Assembly (NCBI GenBank): GCA_963801165.1
Contig: CAWDDT010000013.1
Span: forward strand, 1-64,000
Source of the DNA: an uncultured bacterium
GTDB lineage: Bacteria; Actinomycetota; Acidimicrobiia; Spongiisociales; UBA5794
Direction: 5' to 3'
Length of the DNA stretch: 64,000 nt
The translations under genes and the position numbers were made by a program. The notes beneath the pieces are model-generated. The model did no database searches. It was not told the DNA's origin and saw nothing but the letters and a program-made list of their open reading frames with translations. Below are positions 1-8,998 of the stretch, piece by piece; positions within the stretch are counted from its first letter, which is position 1; the number at the start of each line of letters is the position of its first letter.

Positions 1-307
1 TGAGGAACGCAGGCTGTGTGGTCGGCTGGCATCCTGACAACCACTCCTCGAAGTCATGAGGATATGGGGGACGGCTCGCTGATGGGCCATCACATACTGC
101 TGGATCATGACTCTGCCGGTCCGGTGGTCCGGGAGGGTCCCGTCACGGATTGGATGTTCCTCGGGGATATCTGTCCAGCGAGGATATGATTCAGGGAGTG
201 GAAGCCCTATGGATTGACGACCACAGCGGTGAGCAGGCCGCCCTCAACGATGTGTACCGAACAGCCGAACCGACGCCGCAGACCGAAGTGCGAACATTCG
301 AGCGCAG

Positions 308-2365
308 GTGAGGACCCGGCGTGAACGTTTCAGGGAACCGGCGACGGCCCTTGCTCGCGCTGTGGCCGGACAAGCCGTGGAGCTCTGGGTACCAGGCTTC
401 CGGCTGACACAGAAGGCGGAGTGGTTCAGCACGAGCGCGGGCCGTTTGATCGTGGTCGTCGGCGACCACGAGAGCGCACGTGATGCTGATGCCATCCTCG
501 GGTTCGCACTGGGGGTGATGGGGGATGTCACCGCAGATCTGGTGCTTCCGGCCGGCAAGGAAGCGACAACTCTTCGCCGACTTCCCTTTCTCACCTATCC
601 AATCCGCGTCTGGACTCATAAGGACGGTGCCACCGCGGAGATGGTCGTGCCGGCGCGGAAGGAGGTCTTCTCCTTCTACGACGATGACCTCGTTCTTGGC
701 GACCATGACCTTGGGGATAGCGCCGACTGGATCACCGACCTTGTCGCGTGGGCTGATGCCGAGCTCGACCCCGCGCACCGTCCTTCCTATCTCTCATGGC
801 ACTACCAAGGCAGGAAGGTGCTTCAGGTACGGCGTGCCGGGTCGGTGCTCAACGTCGTTGCCGGCACGCAATACAAGGACGCCGCAGATCGAGACCTGCC
901 CACAGCGATCGACATCCAAGTCGAGGACCACTTGTCAAAGCTCCAAGAACAGCGACTCATGGATGCGATCGAACGAGCCATCGCTGATCGTCAGTCTCGC
1001 CTCGACGACGCCAACATGGAACACCGATTCCAAGCCGCGGTGGCTGCCTCCCATCAGAGCCTTGGCTACGAATTCCTGCGCCGCGAGGTCCCGGCCAAAC
1101 GCTCAGGGCGCGGCTACATCGACTTCCTGGCGACATCAGAAACAGGTCAACTGATCGTTGTGGAAACCAAACGCGGCCGCGATTCACAGCTTGTGCTTCA
1201 GGGACTCGACTACTGGCTCTGGGCAACTGCGCACGCAGCGGACCTGGCGACCGCCCTTGGTGCCTCTCCAGAGAAGCCAGTTCAGATCGACTATGTCCTG
1301 GACGGGGGCGTCCATCCCATCGTTAGCCCCTACACCGCCGCCCAGGTGGAGGCGCTCGACGGGTCGATCCCCTGGCGTTTCCGAGCCGTGCGTTGGGAGG
1401 GATACGAGGATCCGATCGTCGACGACCTGGGTCTCCGCAAACCATCAGTTCCAGGCTCGCCCAAGCCATTCGATGCGCGACGCCAACGCCCGCCCCGCTA
1501 CAGGTGGGCGATCGCTCGCCATCTTGAGGAACATGCACCTGGTCCTCTGGCCCGTGGCGTGTTCTTGAGAGATCCCGCAGACGGTGTGGTGCCCGCTGCC
1601 CGACGCACGTGGAGCGAGCTCAAAGAGCGCGGCCTTCTCCACAAGTACGCGAGTCACCTCCGTTCATCACAAGCGTTTGCCGTCAATCTGTTCGGTCCTC
1701 TCGATCGGGATGACACAACGGGTCTGCTGCGACGCTGGTTCGATGACATCTGCACGGCCGAAGTGCCAGTTCTGGAGTGGTCCGATCCGCTTGACCGGTT
1801 AAGTGAGACGAGCGGCTCTTTCGACCACCAGACTCAGGTGGACGTCCTGCTGCGAGGAACAGAGACGGGAGGACGCAGGGTCGCCGCTCTGATCGAGGTG
1901 AAGTTCACCGAGGACAACTACGGCTCTTGCGCTGCGTACGAGAGCGCACCCGACTCCTACCGAACAGTATGCCTACAGCCCGGCCCCTTCGGAGGCGACC
2001 CGGCGGCATGCTGGTCCATCACAAACAAAGGAACCGGCGGACGACGAACGTACGACGAGCTAATCGGGAACCAGGCGCCGTTTGACGGAGTTGGGTGTTG
2101 GTATCGAACCGGCGGTTATCAGCCGATGCGCAACCTCGCCCAGGCTCAAGCACTGCTGCGGAGTGGCGAGTTTGAAGCGGTGGCCTTTGTGGTTTGCGCC
2201 CCACGGGCGCGGACCGATCTGCGCATCGGTCTCGACCGGCTCAGCACCACTCTGCCAAACCTGAGCATTGATTGGCTCAACGCCGAAGAAGTGCTCGCTC
2301 TCCACGACCATCCGGATGTCGACCAGCTGGCGCTCCGGTACGACCTTCGACTCGACGAGGCGTAG
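308..2365 (+). CDS. Putative nuclease with two PD-(D/E)XK domains (central NucS-like; C-terminal PGN_0703/REase-ARP-like)
   Basis: 685-aa ORF. Central motif REVP..GYIDFLA..LIVVETK..QGLDY; C-terminal motif HLRSSQAFAVNLF..TQVDVLL..LIEVKFTE. Confidence 0.7.
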   Translation: MRTRRERFREPATALARAVAGQAVELWVPGFRLTQKAEWFSTSAGRLIVVVGDHESARDADAILGFALGVMGDVTADLVLPAGKEATTLRRLPFLTYPIRVWTHKDGATAEMVVPARKEVFSFYDDDLVLGDHDLGDSADWITDLVAWADAELDPAHRPSYLSWHYQGRKVLQVRRAGSVLNVVAGTQYKDAADRDLPTAIDIQVEDHLSKLQEQRLMDAIERAIADRQSRLDDANMEHRFQAAVAASHQSLGYEFLRREVPAKRSGRGYIDFLATSETGQLIVVETKRGRDSQLVLQGLDYWLWATAHAADLATALGASPEKPVQIDYVLDGGVHPIVSPYTAAQVEALDGSIPWRFRAVRWEGYEDPIVDDLGLRKPSVPGSPKPFDARRQRPPRYRWAIARHLEEHAPGPLARGVFLRDPADGVVPAARRTWSELKERGLLHKYASHLRSSQAFAVNLFGPLDRDDTTGLLRRWFDDICTAEVPVLEWSDPLDRLSETSGSFDHQTQVDVLLRGTETGGRRVAALIEVKFTEDNYGSCAAYESAPDSYRTVCLQPGPFGGDPAACWSITNKGTGGRRTYDELIGNQAPFDGVGCWYRTGGYQPMRNLAQAQALLRSGEFEAVAFVVCAPRARTDLRIGLDRLSTTLPNLSIDWLNAEEVLALHDHPDVDQLALRYDLRLDEA

Positions 2366-2484
2366 CTCCGCCAGACCGGAGGAGGGTAATGCGGCAGGGT
2401 CGCGGCCCACAAGACTAAGGACTAGGCACAAACTGGCACCGCCATCACGCAGCCTGAGACCACAGGTCCCGAGCCGGTCAGTAG

Positions 2485-3653
2485 CTATGCCAATCTCGGT
2501 GAATTCCGCGTCGAGGCTTCGACAATCAAGCTAGCGGCCATGGGACCCCACACCGGAAAGCGGAAGAGTTGGAAGAACTCGGCTCTCGGCATGACTTCGC
2601 CGATTTCATCAAGTCCGAAGCCTGCTCCATCCGTTCCGGATACTTCCATGGCCCAGATCTTCATCTCTCGTGTCGAGACAAGCCCCTCGACGACTCCCGA
2701 CGAAAGTGAAGCTGCCTGCTCCACGCTCGAACGCGATGAACCCAAATCCTGGACCGGGATACGACCCTCGCGGGCCCTCATTCACCGATCCGCCAAAGAT
2801 GTCGAGGAACCCACGGAATCCGATTCCGCGCACAGAGCCATCGTTTCCAAGTTCCCGGGCCTCATACTGGTCAGATCCATCAAAGCCGGCCCAGAGCACC
2901 CTTTCTGTGGTCGCGTACAAGACGACGGGCATTGCTCTCTCAACGGTTCGGTCAAGCAACGAGTGGATGATCGTCTCAGCGGCAATGTCTGCAATCAGCC
3001 TCTCCCGTGGTCGAAGAACATCGAGGACGAGGGCCTTGCGCAACCGTTGCACTGCCCTGCGACGATGTTCGCGCCCCACGACCGCTCATTCGTTGCGACA
3101 TCTCGTTGGCATCGTTGGCAGCTAGGAGTAGTGACCGACCCGATGTTGGCATGACTGTCTCCTTGGATCCGTCGTCCCATTGGACGATCAAGGCGAGAAC
3201 CGAGTCCTCGGCGTTAACTGAGAACACAATTCCGGACCTCGAAACGGGCATTGAGATGCCGTCATCAAAGCGCAACTCCTCGATATGATCGCCTGGCCGG
3301 AGGAGCGACCACCGGGCCCTAGCATGCCCATCAAGAACGAGTGTCGACCACTTTAGAAGACCCGGGTCTTGTGCTTCCAGCGCCAGAGAGCGAAACTGCC
3401 GCAGCGTGTCAGCTGCGACGACCTCTAGGAGGCGAAGTCTGTCCGGATTCCGGCGGATTGTGCGTGCTCTCTTCTTGAAGCGATCGGCCACGCCCTCCAC
3501 TTTCTGTAGGTACAGCGTGCCGCGGTCATCCATTGAAGGAGCTCCGATGGGTGGATGTTGAGCCGAAGCAGCGAGCGAGACGGCAGCATCATCGCATCCC
3601 CATTGACGAAAGGAACGGACAGTCGACGGCAAAGGTGCTCGATGCTCGCTCAT
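2485..3653 (-). pseudogene. Hypothetical protein, apparently split across three reading frames
   Basis: ATG at 3653 preceded by AAGGAG. Overlapping minus-strand ORFs 2976-3776, 2609-3079 and 2485-2781 look like consecutive pieces; no family recognised. Confidence 0.3.
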
Positions 3654-3751
3654 GCCTGCCAACTCCTTGATTGACCGACCGTGATTCCATTCCCATGGCA
3701 CAATAAGCCCATCAAGAAGCACCAGTTCGCGCCTGGCACAAAAGGAAATCC

Positions 3752-4924
3752 ATGGACCAGAGAAGCTACAGCACAATCGGCGGATTCCTGGGCATCATCA
3801 CATTCCTCATCCTGGTCGCAGGCGCCTTTGCGGACAATCCGGAAGCGAACTGGACGATTGGCAGCTCGCCCCTCGTACCCGCGATCTGGATCACGCTCCT
3901 CGGCATCCTGGTGGTATTGCTCTCGCGGACAGCCATGCGACGGATTCTCCCACTCCGAATCCTTGGTATGTGGGCATTCGGGGTGATGTTGGGAGGCATA
4001 GCAGCGGCTGTCATCCTCGGCTTCCGAGGTGAGTGGAATCTCGCCTGGAAGATGCTCGTACTCGGGGCGTCAGGTTGGCTCGCACAATTCTTGGTTGGCA
4101 TTCCCTATCGGTCGGAGCAAGACAGCGCGATCCATCAGACGGCCCGTCAACTTCGCACTACGCCCCGTCAAGTAGCTGAGTTCTTCTGCTCTCGCTTGGC
4201 TACAGCCGGAGGCGACCCTGAAGTGCTGGCTCTGAGTGTCACGGACGACCCACGAGTCGCGCCCCTCGAGCACGCGACAATAGATGAGGTAGTTGCCGAC
4301 CACTGTCCTGAGTATCAGCAGGTCTGGGAAGCAGCAAAGAGGATCCTCCGGTACGAGCGGGAACATCAGACTTCAGGCGGAGGAACGTTGATCGAGAATC
4401 TCATCGCAAATCCTTCGATGGAGTCCGACGAGATTAGAGCGGCGATGGGTCGCCAACAAGAGTCTTCAGATCGCTTCCTCAGCGCCGCGTCGACAAGTTG
4501 GCCCGATAGGAACGAGTACGGCTGGCCGGCTCTCACTGCAGAGGTCAAGATCTGGCTGAAGGAACAGCGGGGATGGGAACCAGCCTCGTTGGAAGCGTCC
4601 CTGTCTCCGGGAATGATGACGGCCTCGCCGAACCTCATGTTTCGAGTCGAGATGAACGCCACCGACGATTTCATCTGGAGTCAATCCGTGTACCTGCTGC
4701 CGAGACCCGACCTCAGCCAAGACGTACCCTCGTACGAGTTGCGTTGGACAGACCCAAAAACCTATCAACAGAACCAAGCCGCTATTTCATCTGAGTCCGC
4801 GAATCTCGCACTTCTGGCGGACTACCTCGACGGGCATTGGGCAGGAGCCTCCTCCGATCCCGTCATGCAGAAGTTCCTTGCACCTGAGCCTTCAGTCTTC
4901 CCACCCGAGGCACCGCAACCCTAA
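3752..4924 (+). CDS. Hypothetical membrane protein (about 4 N-terminal TM helices plus soluble C-terminal domain)
   Basis: 390-aa ORF, AAGGA RBS, four hydrophobic segments in the first ~120 aa. Confidence 0.65.
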   Translation: MDQRSYSTIGGFLGIITFLILVAGAFADNPEANWTIGSSPLVPAIWITLLGILVVLLSRTAMRRILPLRILGMWAFGVMLGGIAAAVILGFRGEWNLAWKMLVLGASGWLAQFLVGIPYRSEQDSAIHQTARQLRTTPRQVAEFFCSRLATAGGDPEVLALSVTDDPRVAPLEHATIDEVVADHCPEYQQVWEAAKRILRYEREHQTSGGGTLIENLIANPSMESDEIRAAMGRQQESSDRFLSAASTSWPDRNEYGWPALTAEVKIWLKEQRGWEPASLEASLSPGMMTASPNLMFRVEMNATDDFIWSQSVYLLPRPDLSQDVPSYELRWTDPKTYQQNQAAISSESANLALLADYLDGHWAGASSDPVMQKFLAPEPSVFPPEAPQP

Positions 4925-4926
4925 GG

Positions 4927-5685
4927 ATGTGTGAAGTGTTCAAGAGAATTCTCGCAGGTCGAAATCCCGACCCCATGCTTCTTTACGCCTACCTGATGTA
5001 TCGCAACGGGATGCTCGTCGATGCGCGACCTACAGAGGCAGAGAATAGATACGAGCCCTTCTCTCTGAGCGAGGCACTAACGGTTCAGAACGGGTGGATC
5101 CTGGACTTCCTCACCGAGACGCGGACTCATTTGGCAACTGCCATTGCAGTTGATTGGCGGGTTGACACCAAGCGGCTAACTTCGCTTGGCCCGCTGGATC
5201 TCTTCTTGGTGCTGCACCGCGCCGAAGCATTGGGTGAGAGCCGCGGCTGGGAAATGCCGCTGAATACACCGACTCCTCGGTGGCCGCGGCTGCGAGGCGA
5301 CGAAGTGGAGCAATGTTTGCGCAGTGCACCATCCACGGATCTCAGTCCCGAACAACGCCACGAGATGAGACGCAAGCTTCTGTTGGAGGTGATTGAGCAT
5401 CGGCGGGGAAACCTCGCGGTGGAGTACTCAGTCGGGGTGCGGGAGAACGCAAGATCGTTGGCCGTAGCGTTCTCGGTGCGTTCGCTTACCGAGCATTGGA
5501 CGCAGGTCGATAGCGACGCCTTTGCCGAGAAATGGCTGTTCCCCTCCCCTTCGCGGTCGGAATCCGATCTGTTGCAGCTTGTTCAGTCCTTCAGTGCTGA
5601 CTGGATGACCTGGGAAGCGAAGGGGGAATGCGGCGATGCAAGGTGTTCACAATGTGGTCCCACGACCCCCCGACGTCCACAATGA
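4927..5685 (+). CDS. Hypothetical protein
   Basis: 252-aa ORF starting 2 bp after the upstream stop; C-terminal CxxxxCxxC. Confidence 0.5.
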   Translation: MCEVFKRILAGRNPDPMLLYAYLMYRNGMLVDARPTEAENRYEPFSLSEALTVQNGWILDFLTETRTHLATAIAVDWRVDTKRLTSLGPLDLFLVLHRAEALGESRGWEMPLNTPTPRWPRLRGDEVEQCLRSAPSTDLSPEQRHEMRRKLLLEVIEHRRGNLAVEYSVGVRENARSLAVAFSVRSLTEHWTQVDSDAFAEKWLFPSPSRSESDLLQLVQSFSADWMTWEAKGECGDARCSQCGPTTPRRPQ

Positions 5686-5886
5686 AACGGTGCGCACGGG
5701 TGGCCGTACGAGTGCACCTGGATCAGTGGTGAACAGTTCGAATTGTGCGCAACGCCAGCGACGCGGCATAGAAAGAGAACGGCGCCTTCTCGCTGCTGAA
5801 CCATCCACATAGGTGGCGACATAGAGGCTCGCACGCCTTGGCATTCATGTTCCCATCCACTCCTCGGTCCGCCGCGACTTCGCCGA

Positions 5887-5916
5887 TTGCTGGTAACGGT
5901 GCGAATGTTCCGCATG
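5887..5916 (+). repeat. Degenerate intergenic repeat, copy 1 (most diverged)
   Basis: TTGCTGGTAACGGTGCGAATGTTCCGCATG matches the core of the copies at 6960, 7571 and 8760. Confidence 0.55.
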
Positions 5917-6067
5917 GTATGGGCTGGTTTGATCGTGTCTCGTTGGTGATCGTCTGACAATGACCGGCGCCCTGGGGTCGACACCTCCGCGCGCGTTCTC
6001 CGGATGCCGCTCTGCGGCATAGTGTGGGTGGTGATCGCCGAGTCTCTCGGGGTCTAGGCTCGCCGGT

Positions 6068-6889
6068 ATGCCTACTCCTAGCGCATCCTTCAGCATGCCT
6101 TGGCTCGATTGCAGCGACGAACACTCAGCCTTGGCTTCACTCGCTGGAGTCATGGCGGTGCCACAGTTGACGCTGCTACAGGCGGTCGATGAGTACGACG
6201 ACGAGAAGTTCGAAGACGACGCGTCGGTGTCTCCAGACGTGCTTATGCCGCGTGAGGTGTTCAGGCAGTTTGGGACGACCACGGAACGAGTGGTGTCCGG
6301 CTTCGCCGGGGCTCACTACTTCCACGGAACTCGAACGAGTGAGCCCGATTCGTTCTGGCGGAGTGGCATCTTGACATTGGCTGGAGCTCTCGACGAAATC
6401 TGGGAAATGCTTCGCCGCCTGACGAGTCTGGCGATACCGGCACCGGAGTGGATGCAGTACCGGGAGAACCTCGAGAAAGGCGCTAGCGATTCTAATAGCG
6501 CGTACCTCTACCGGCTCAAGGTGGGAAGCCCTCGCGTTGGCGGCGGTCCCTTCGCTCGGCTGGTTCGTGCCGCACACATAGACCCACGCCCTCCGGAACG
6601 CGATTACCTCACTAAGCCTCCCGAAATCGTTGAGGACATCATCAGAGTGCTCGAGTATGACCACGAACTGGCCCTGTACGAGCGGTACATCGCTACAACC
6701 CAGCCATGTTTGGTCAGATTCAGGAGCGAGTGGATAACGACAACGGAGGTCGAAGCGGCGCTGTGGTTCTTACTTGACCGATGTCGAGACAGGCAGCCCA
6801 GTCGATGGGCATGTCAGAGCAACTTCTCGGGAGGAGGCAATCCCATACCCGCCACCGACATCCTGGACGTTGAAGTTCTGGCTCGTTAA
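6068..6889 (+). CDS. Hypothetical protein, possibly ADP-ribosyltransferase-like fold
   Basis: 273-aa ORF; YFHGTR..GIL resembles the first catalytic strand of ART-fold proteins. Function uncertain. Confidence 0.55.
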   Translation: MPTPSASFSMPWLDCSDEHSALASLAGVMAVPQLTLLQAVDEYDDEKFEDDASVSPDVLMPREVFRQFGTTTERVVSGFAGAHYFHGTRTSEPDSFWRSGILTLAGALDEIWEMLRRLTSLAIPAPEWMQYRENLEKGASDSNSAYLYRLKVGSPRVGGGPFARLVRAAHIDPRPPERDYLTKPPEIVEDIIRVLEYDHELALYERYIATTQPCLVRFRSEWITTTEVEAALWFLLDRCRDRQPSRWACQSNFSGGGNPIPATDILDVEVLAR

Positions 6890-6934
6890 GCGCGGGGTGC
6901 TTGCCCGCTCGCAGACACGCTTGTCACAGCATCC

Positions 6935-7005
6935 CCACCACACAACCATTCGATCGCTTTTGCTGGTAATGGTGCGTATACCGGCATGTCGAGTGGGTGC
7001 GGTGG
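6935..7005 (+). repeat. Degenerate palindromic intergenic repeat, copy 2
   Basis: CATTCGA(6947)..TGCTGGTAA-TGGTGCGT-ATACCGGCA..TCGAGTG(6995); outer CCACC/GGTGG arms extend the hairpin. Confidence 0.7.
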
Positions 7006-7111
7006 AGTGGCAGTGAGTCGCCGGGGAGAGGCGTGGGATAGCCGCCGCTGTGCAGACGGCCGTTGTGGGGCTCGGGTGTCGGGCGTCTTCGGGCCAGAGG
7101 AGTGGTGGCCC

Positions 7112-7348
7112 ATGCAGCATCGAGTCCTCACGGAACCACCAAGCGCGACCACATCGACGACCCAACCTCGCCCCGCTCGGCAGTACCAGCCCAACCAGTA
7201 TGGATGCCACGACGACGGTCGATGCCTCGATGACTACGGCACGTGGTGTGACGACTCTGAGATCATTGAGTTCGAACCCACTGGTGAGTCCATCTGCGCC
7301 GACAGCTACGACATCGCCGTTGACGAACTCGTTGACCGCAATGGTTGA
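7112..7348 (+). CDS. Small acidic Cys-containing hypothetical protein (78 aa)
   Basis: ATG at 7112 preceded by AGAGGAG; four Cys; lies between repeat copies 2 and 3. Confidence 0.35.
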   Translation: MQHRVLTEPPSATTSTTQPRPARQYQPNQYGCHDDGRCLDDYGTWCDDSEIIEFEPTGESICADSYDIAVDELVDRNG

Positions 7349-7558
7349 GCTGTCAGCATCAGCCGGCGTCCGAGCCCGACTCGGGTGACAACAGCGCGTT
7401 AGGTGCCGCCGACCGCCGGTGAATGACCAGTTCTGTCCGAATCAGTCGGTAACTCATTCGCACCCCGAGACGCCGCACGCCACCATCCCGACCAAGACGA
7501 AGAACCCCAATGAATCCGGGCCCGCTCGCAGGACCGCGCGGATTCTCTCCCTGAGGCT

Positions 7559-7612
7559 ATTCGACGCGGTTTGCTGGTATCCGTGCGTATTGCGGCGTGT
7601 CGAATGCGATCG
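7559..7612 (+). repeat. Degenerate palindromic intergenic repeat, copy 3
   Basis: ATTCGAC(7559)..TGCTGGTAT-CCGTGCGT-ATTGCGGCG..GTCGAAT(7605)GCGATCG. Confidence 0.7.
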
Positions 7613-7787
7613 GTTTGGTTGAGTCGGATTTGCCGGTGTCCTGGGCTCGGCGGCTGGCCCCAAAACTCGGGCCCCAGACCTGTGGCACTATGAGTCACAG
7701 TGAACGAAACTGGCTCGAATGATCGCGTCTCCTGGTTTCCGGTACTCCATCGAATCTTGGGTCGGCACAGCTAACGTCGGAGAAGCC

Positions 7788-8618
7788 ATGGCCAATGACC
7801 TCATTCACCCCCGTGCCCGACGCGAGTTCCGTGAGCTTTGCTCCGACTGGGGCGTACTCCGAACCATCTCTGGTGCTTTCGAGGTTGAAGGATTCGAGGC
7901 GGTTCCCGACGACGAGCGGTCATACATAGACGGCATGCGTCGTGGCTTGTTCGATGCCTACGCGTCACGGATCGATTGGAGCGATCCGAACGAGGTTGGA
8001 CGCGTCATTCGGGCATTTGACGAAGTCTTGTCCTGGGGTCTCGCTGACAACGAATATACCGAAAAGGCTCTTGCTCGGGTGCGACGCACGCTTGAGCACG
8101 ACGGTTACACCGTCGACGACGAACGACGAATCATGCACATATCAACTCGCCCCCTGGCCGAGCTGCCGTTGGAGCAGCTCCGAGACCCCTCGGCCATCGA
8201 AGAACACCTCAGACGACTCGACTCGACAGGCGACGCCGATCCGCCGCTGGCGATTAGCTCCGCCAAGGCGCTGGTCGAAGCGACCTGCAAGCACGTCCTT
8301 GAGGAGCTCGAGCAGTCCTACGACGACAAGGCCGACCTTCCCAGCCTGGCCAAAGCTGTCCAGAAGGCCCTGCACCCAGATCAGATTGCGCCCACCGCCA
8401 AGGGAAGAACGACCATTGTGCGGACGTTGTCTAACCTGTCGCAGGTCGCAATCGGACTCGCTGAACTGCGCAACGAGTACGGCCCCGACCACGGTCGAAC
8501 CCGATCGACGTCGGGGATGAGACCTCGCCATGCACATCTCGCCATCGGTGCTGCTCAGACGTATTGCCGGTTCCTCCTCGAGACTCTCCGCGATCGGCGA
8601 TCTGCTGCTTCTCCATGA
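7788..8618 (+). CDS. Abortive infection family protein (AbiJ-like N-terminal domain plus Abi_C/HEPN C-terminal domain)
   Basis: Motifs AISSAKALVEATCK, ELRNEYGPDHGR and PRHAHLAIGAA are typical of Abi_C. Start taken at ATG 7788 (ORF open from 7719). Confidence 0.85.
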   Translation: MANDLIHPRARREFRELCSDWGVLRTISGAFEVEGFEAVPDDERSYIDGMRRGLFDAYASRIDWSDPNEVGRVIRAFDEVLSWGLADNEYTEKALARVRRTLEHDGYTVDDERRIMHISTRPLAELPLEQLRDPSAIEEHLRRLDSTGDADPPLAISSAKALVEATCKHVLEELEQSYDDKADLPSLAKAVQKALHPDQIAPTAKGRTTIVRTLSNLSQVAIGLAELRNEYGPDHGRTRSTSGMRPRHAHLAIGAAQTYCRFLLETLRDRRSAASP

Positions 8619-8744
8619 AGGAGCGGCTTTAGGCCCCGGTCTTGGATGCGGCGTGCGGTGCGTCCACGACTACACCCCCACCTCGTCGGCAGCGCTACAT
8701 TTCCAGTCGTCGGCAACTATGCAGAGCCGCAGGTTCCCAGGACA

Positions 8745-8802
8745 ACTCGACGCACGACTTGGCTCGTAATGGTGCGTATTCCCGCGGGGTCGAATGTGAT
8801 CG
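8745..8802 (+). repeat. Degenerate palindromic intergenic repeat, copy 4
   Basis: ACTCGAC(8745)..GGCTCGTAA-TGGTGCGT-ATTCCCGCG..GTCGAAT(8795)GTGATCG. Confidence 0.65.
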
Positions 8803-8998
8803 ATCCAACCGAACGAGATTGTCACTCGCTCGAAGAGATGGGGGGCGTCACATGGATCTGTAGGGTGAACCCAGTGAACGTCGAGAAGGTCAGGCGATCA
8901 TCCTTCTCGGCGTCGCTATCGGCATCGCTCGCGCCAGGATCCTGGAACGACCGCCGACAGGCCCGTAGCCAGGAGTGGCACCTCCGATAGGTACCTCA

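Noticed and set aside
1-311. Partial gene upstream of the nuclease
   Set aside because: Only a ~41-codon frame ending at a GTGA overlap; no recognisable motif.
2384-2403. Possible fifth repeat copy (GGTAATGCGGCAGGGTCG) after the nuclease gene
   Set aside because: Lacks the GGTGCGT spacer and the outer inverted repeat; too weak.
5686-5700. AACGGTGCGCA resembling the repeat spacer
   Set aside because: Flanking arms do not match.
6960-6995. Repeat as a chromosomal dif/Xer site (GGTGCGTA resembles the XerC arm)
   Set aside because: No TTATGTTAAAT/TTATGTCAAGT-like XerD arm at 6-bp spacing; the GGTGCG lies in the spacer of the palindrome.
5887-8802. Repeats as canonical integron attC sites or a CRISPR array
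   Set aside because: No RYYYAAC/GTTRRRY ends and no IntI-like gene recognised. Spacing is 0.6-1.2 kb and the copies are degenerate, unlike CRISPR; no cas genes.
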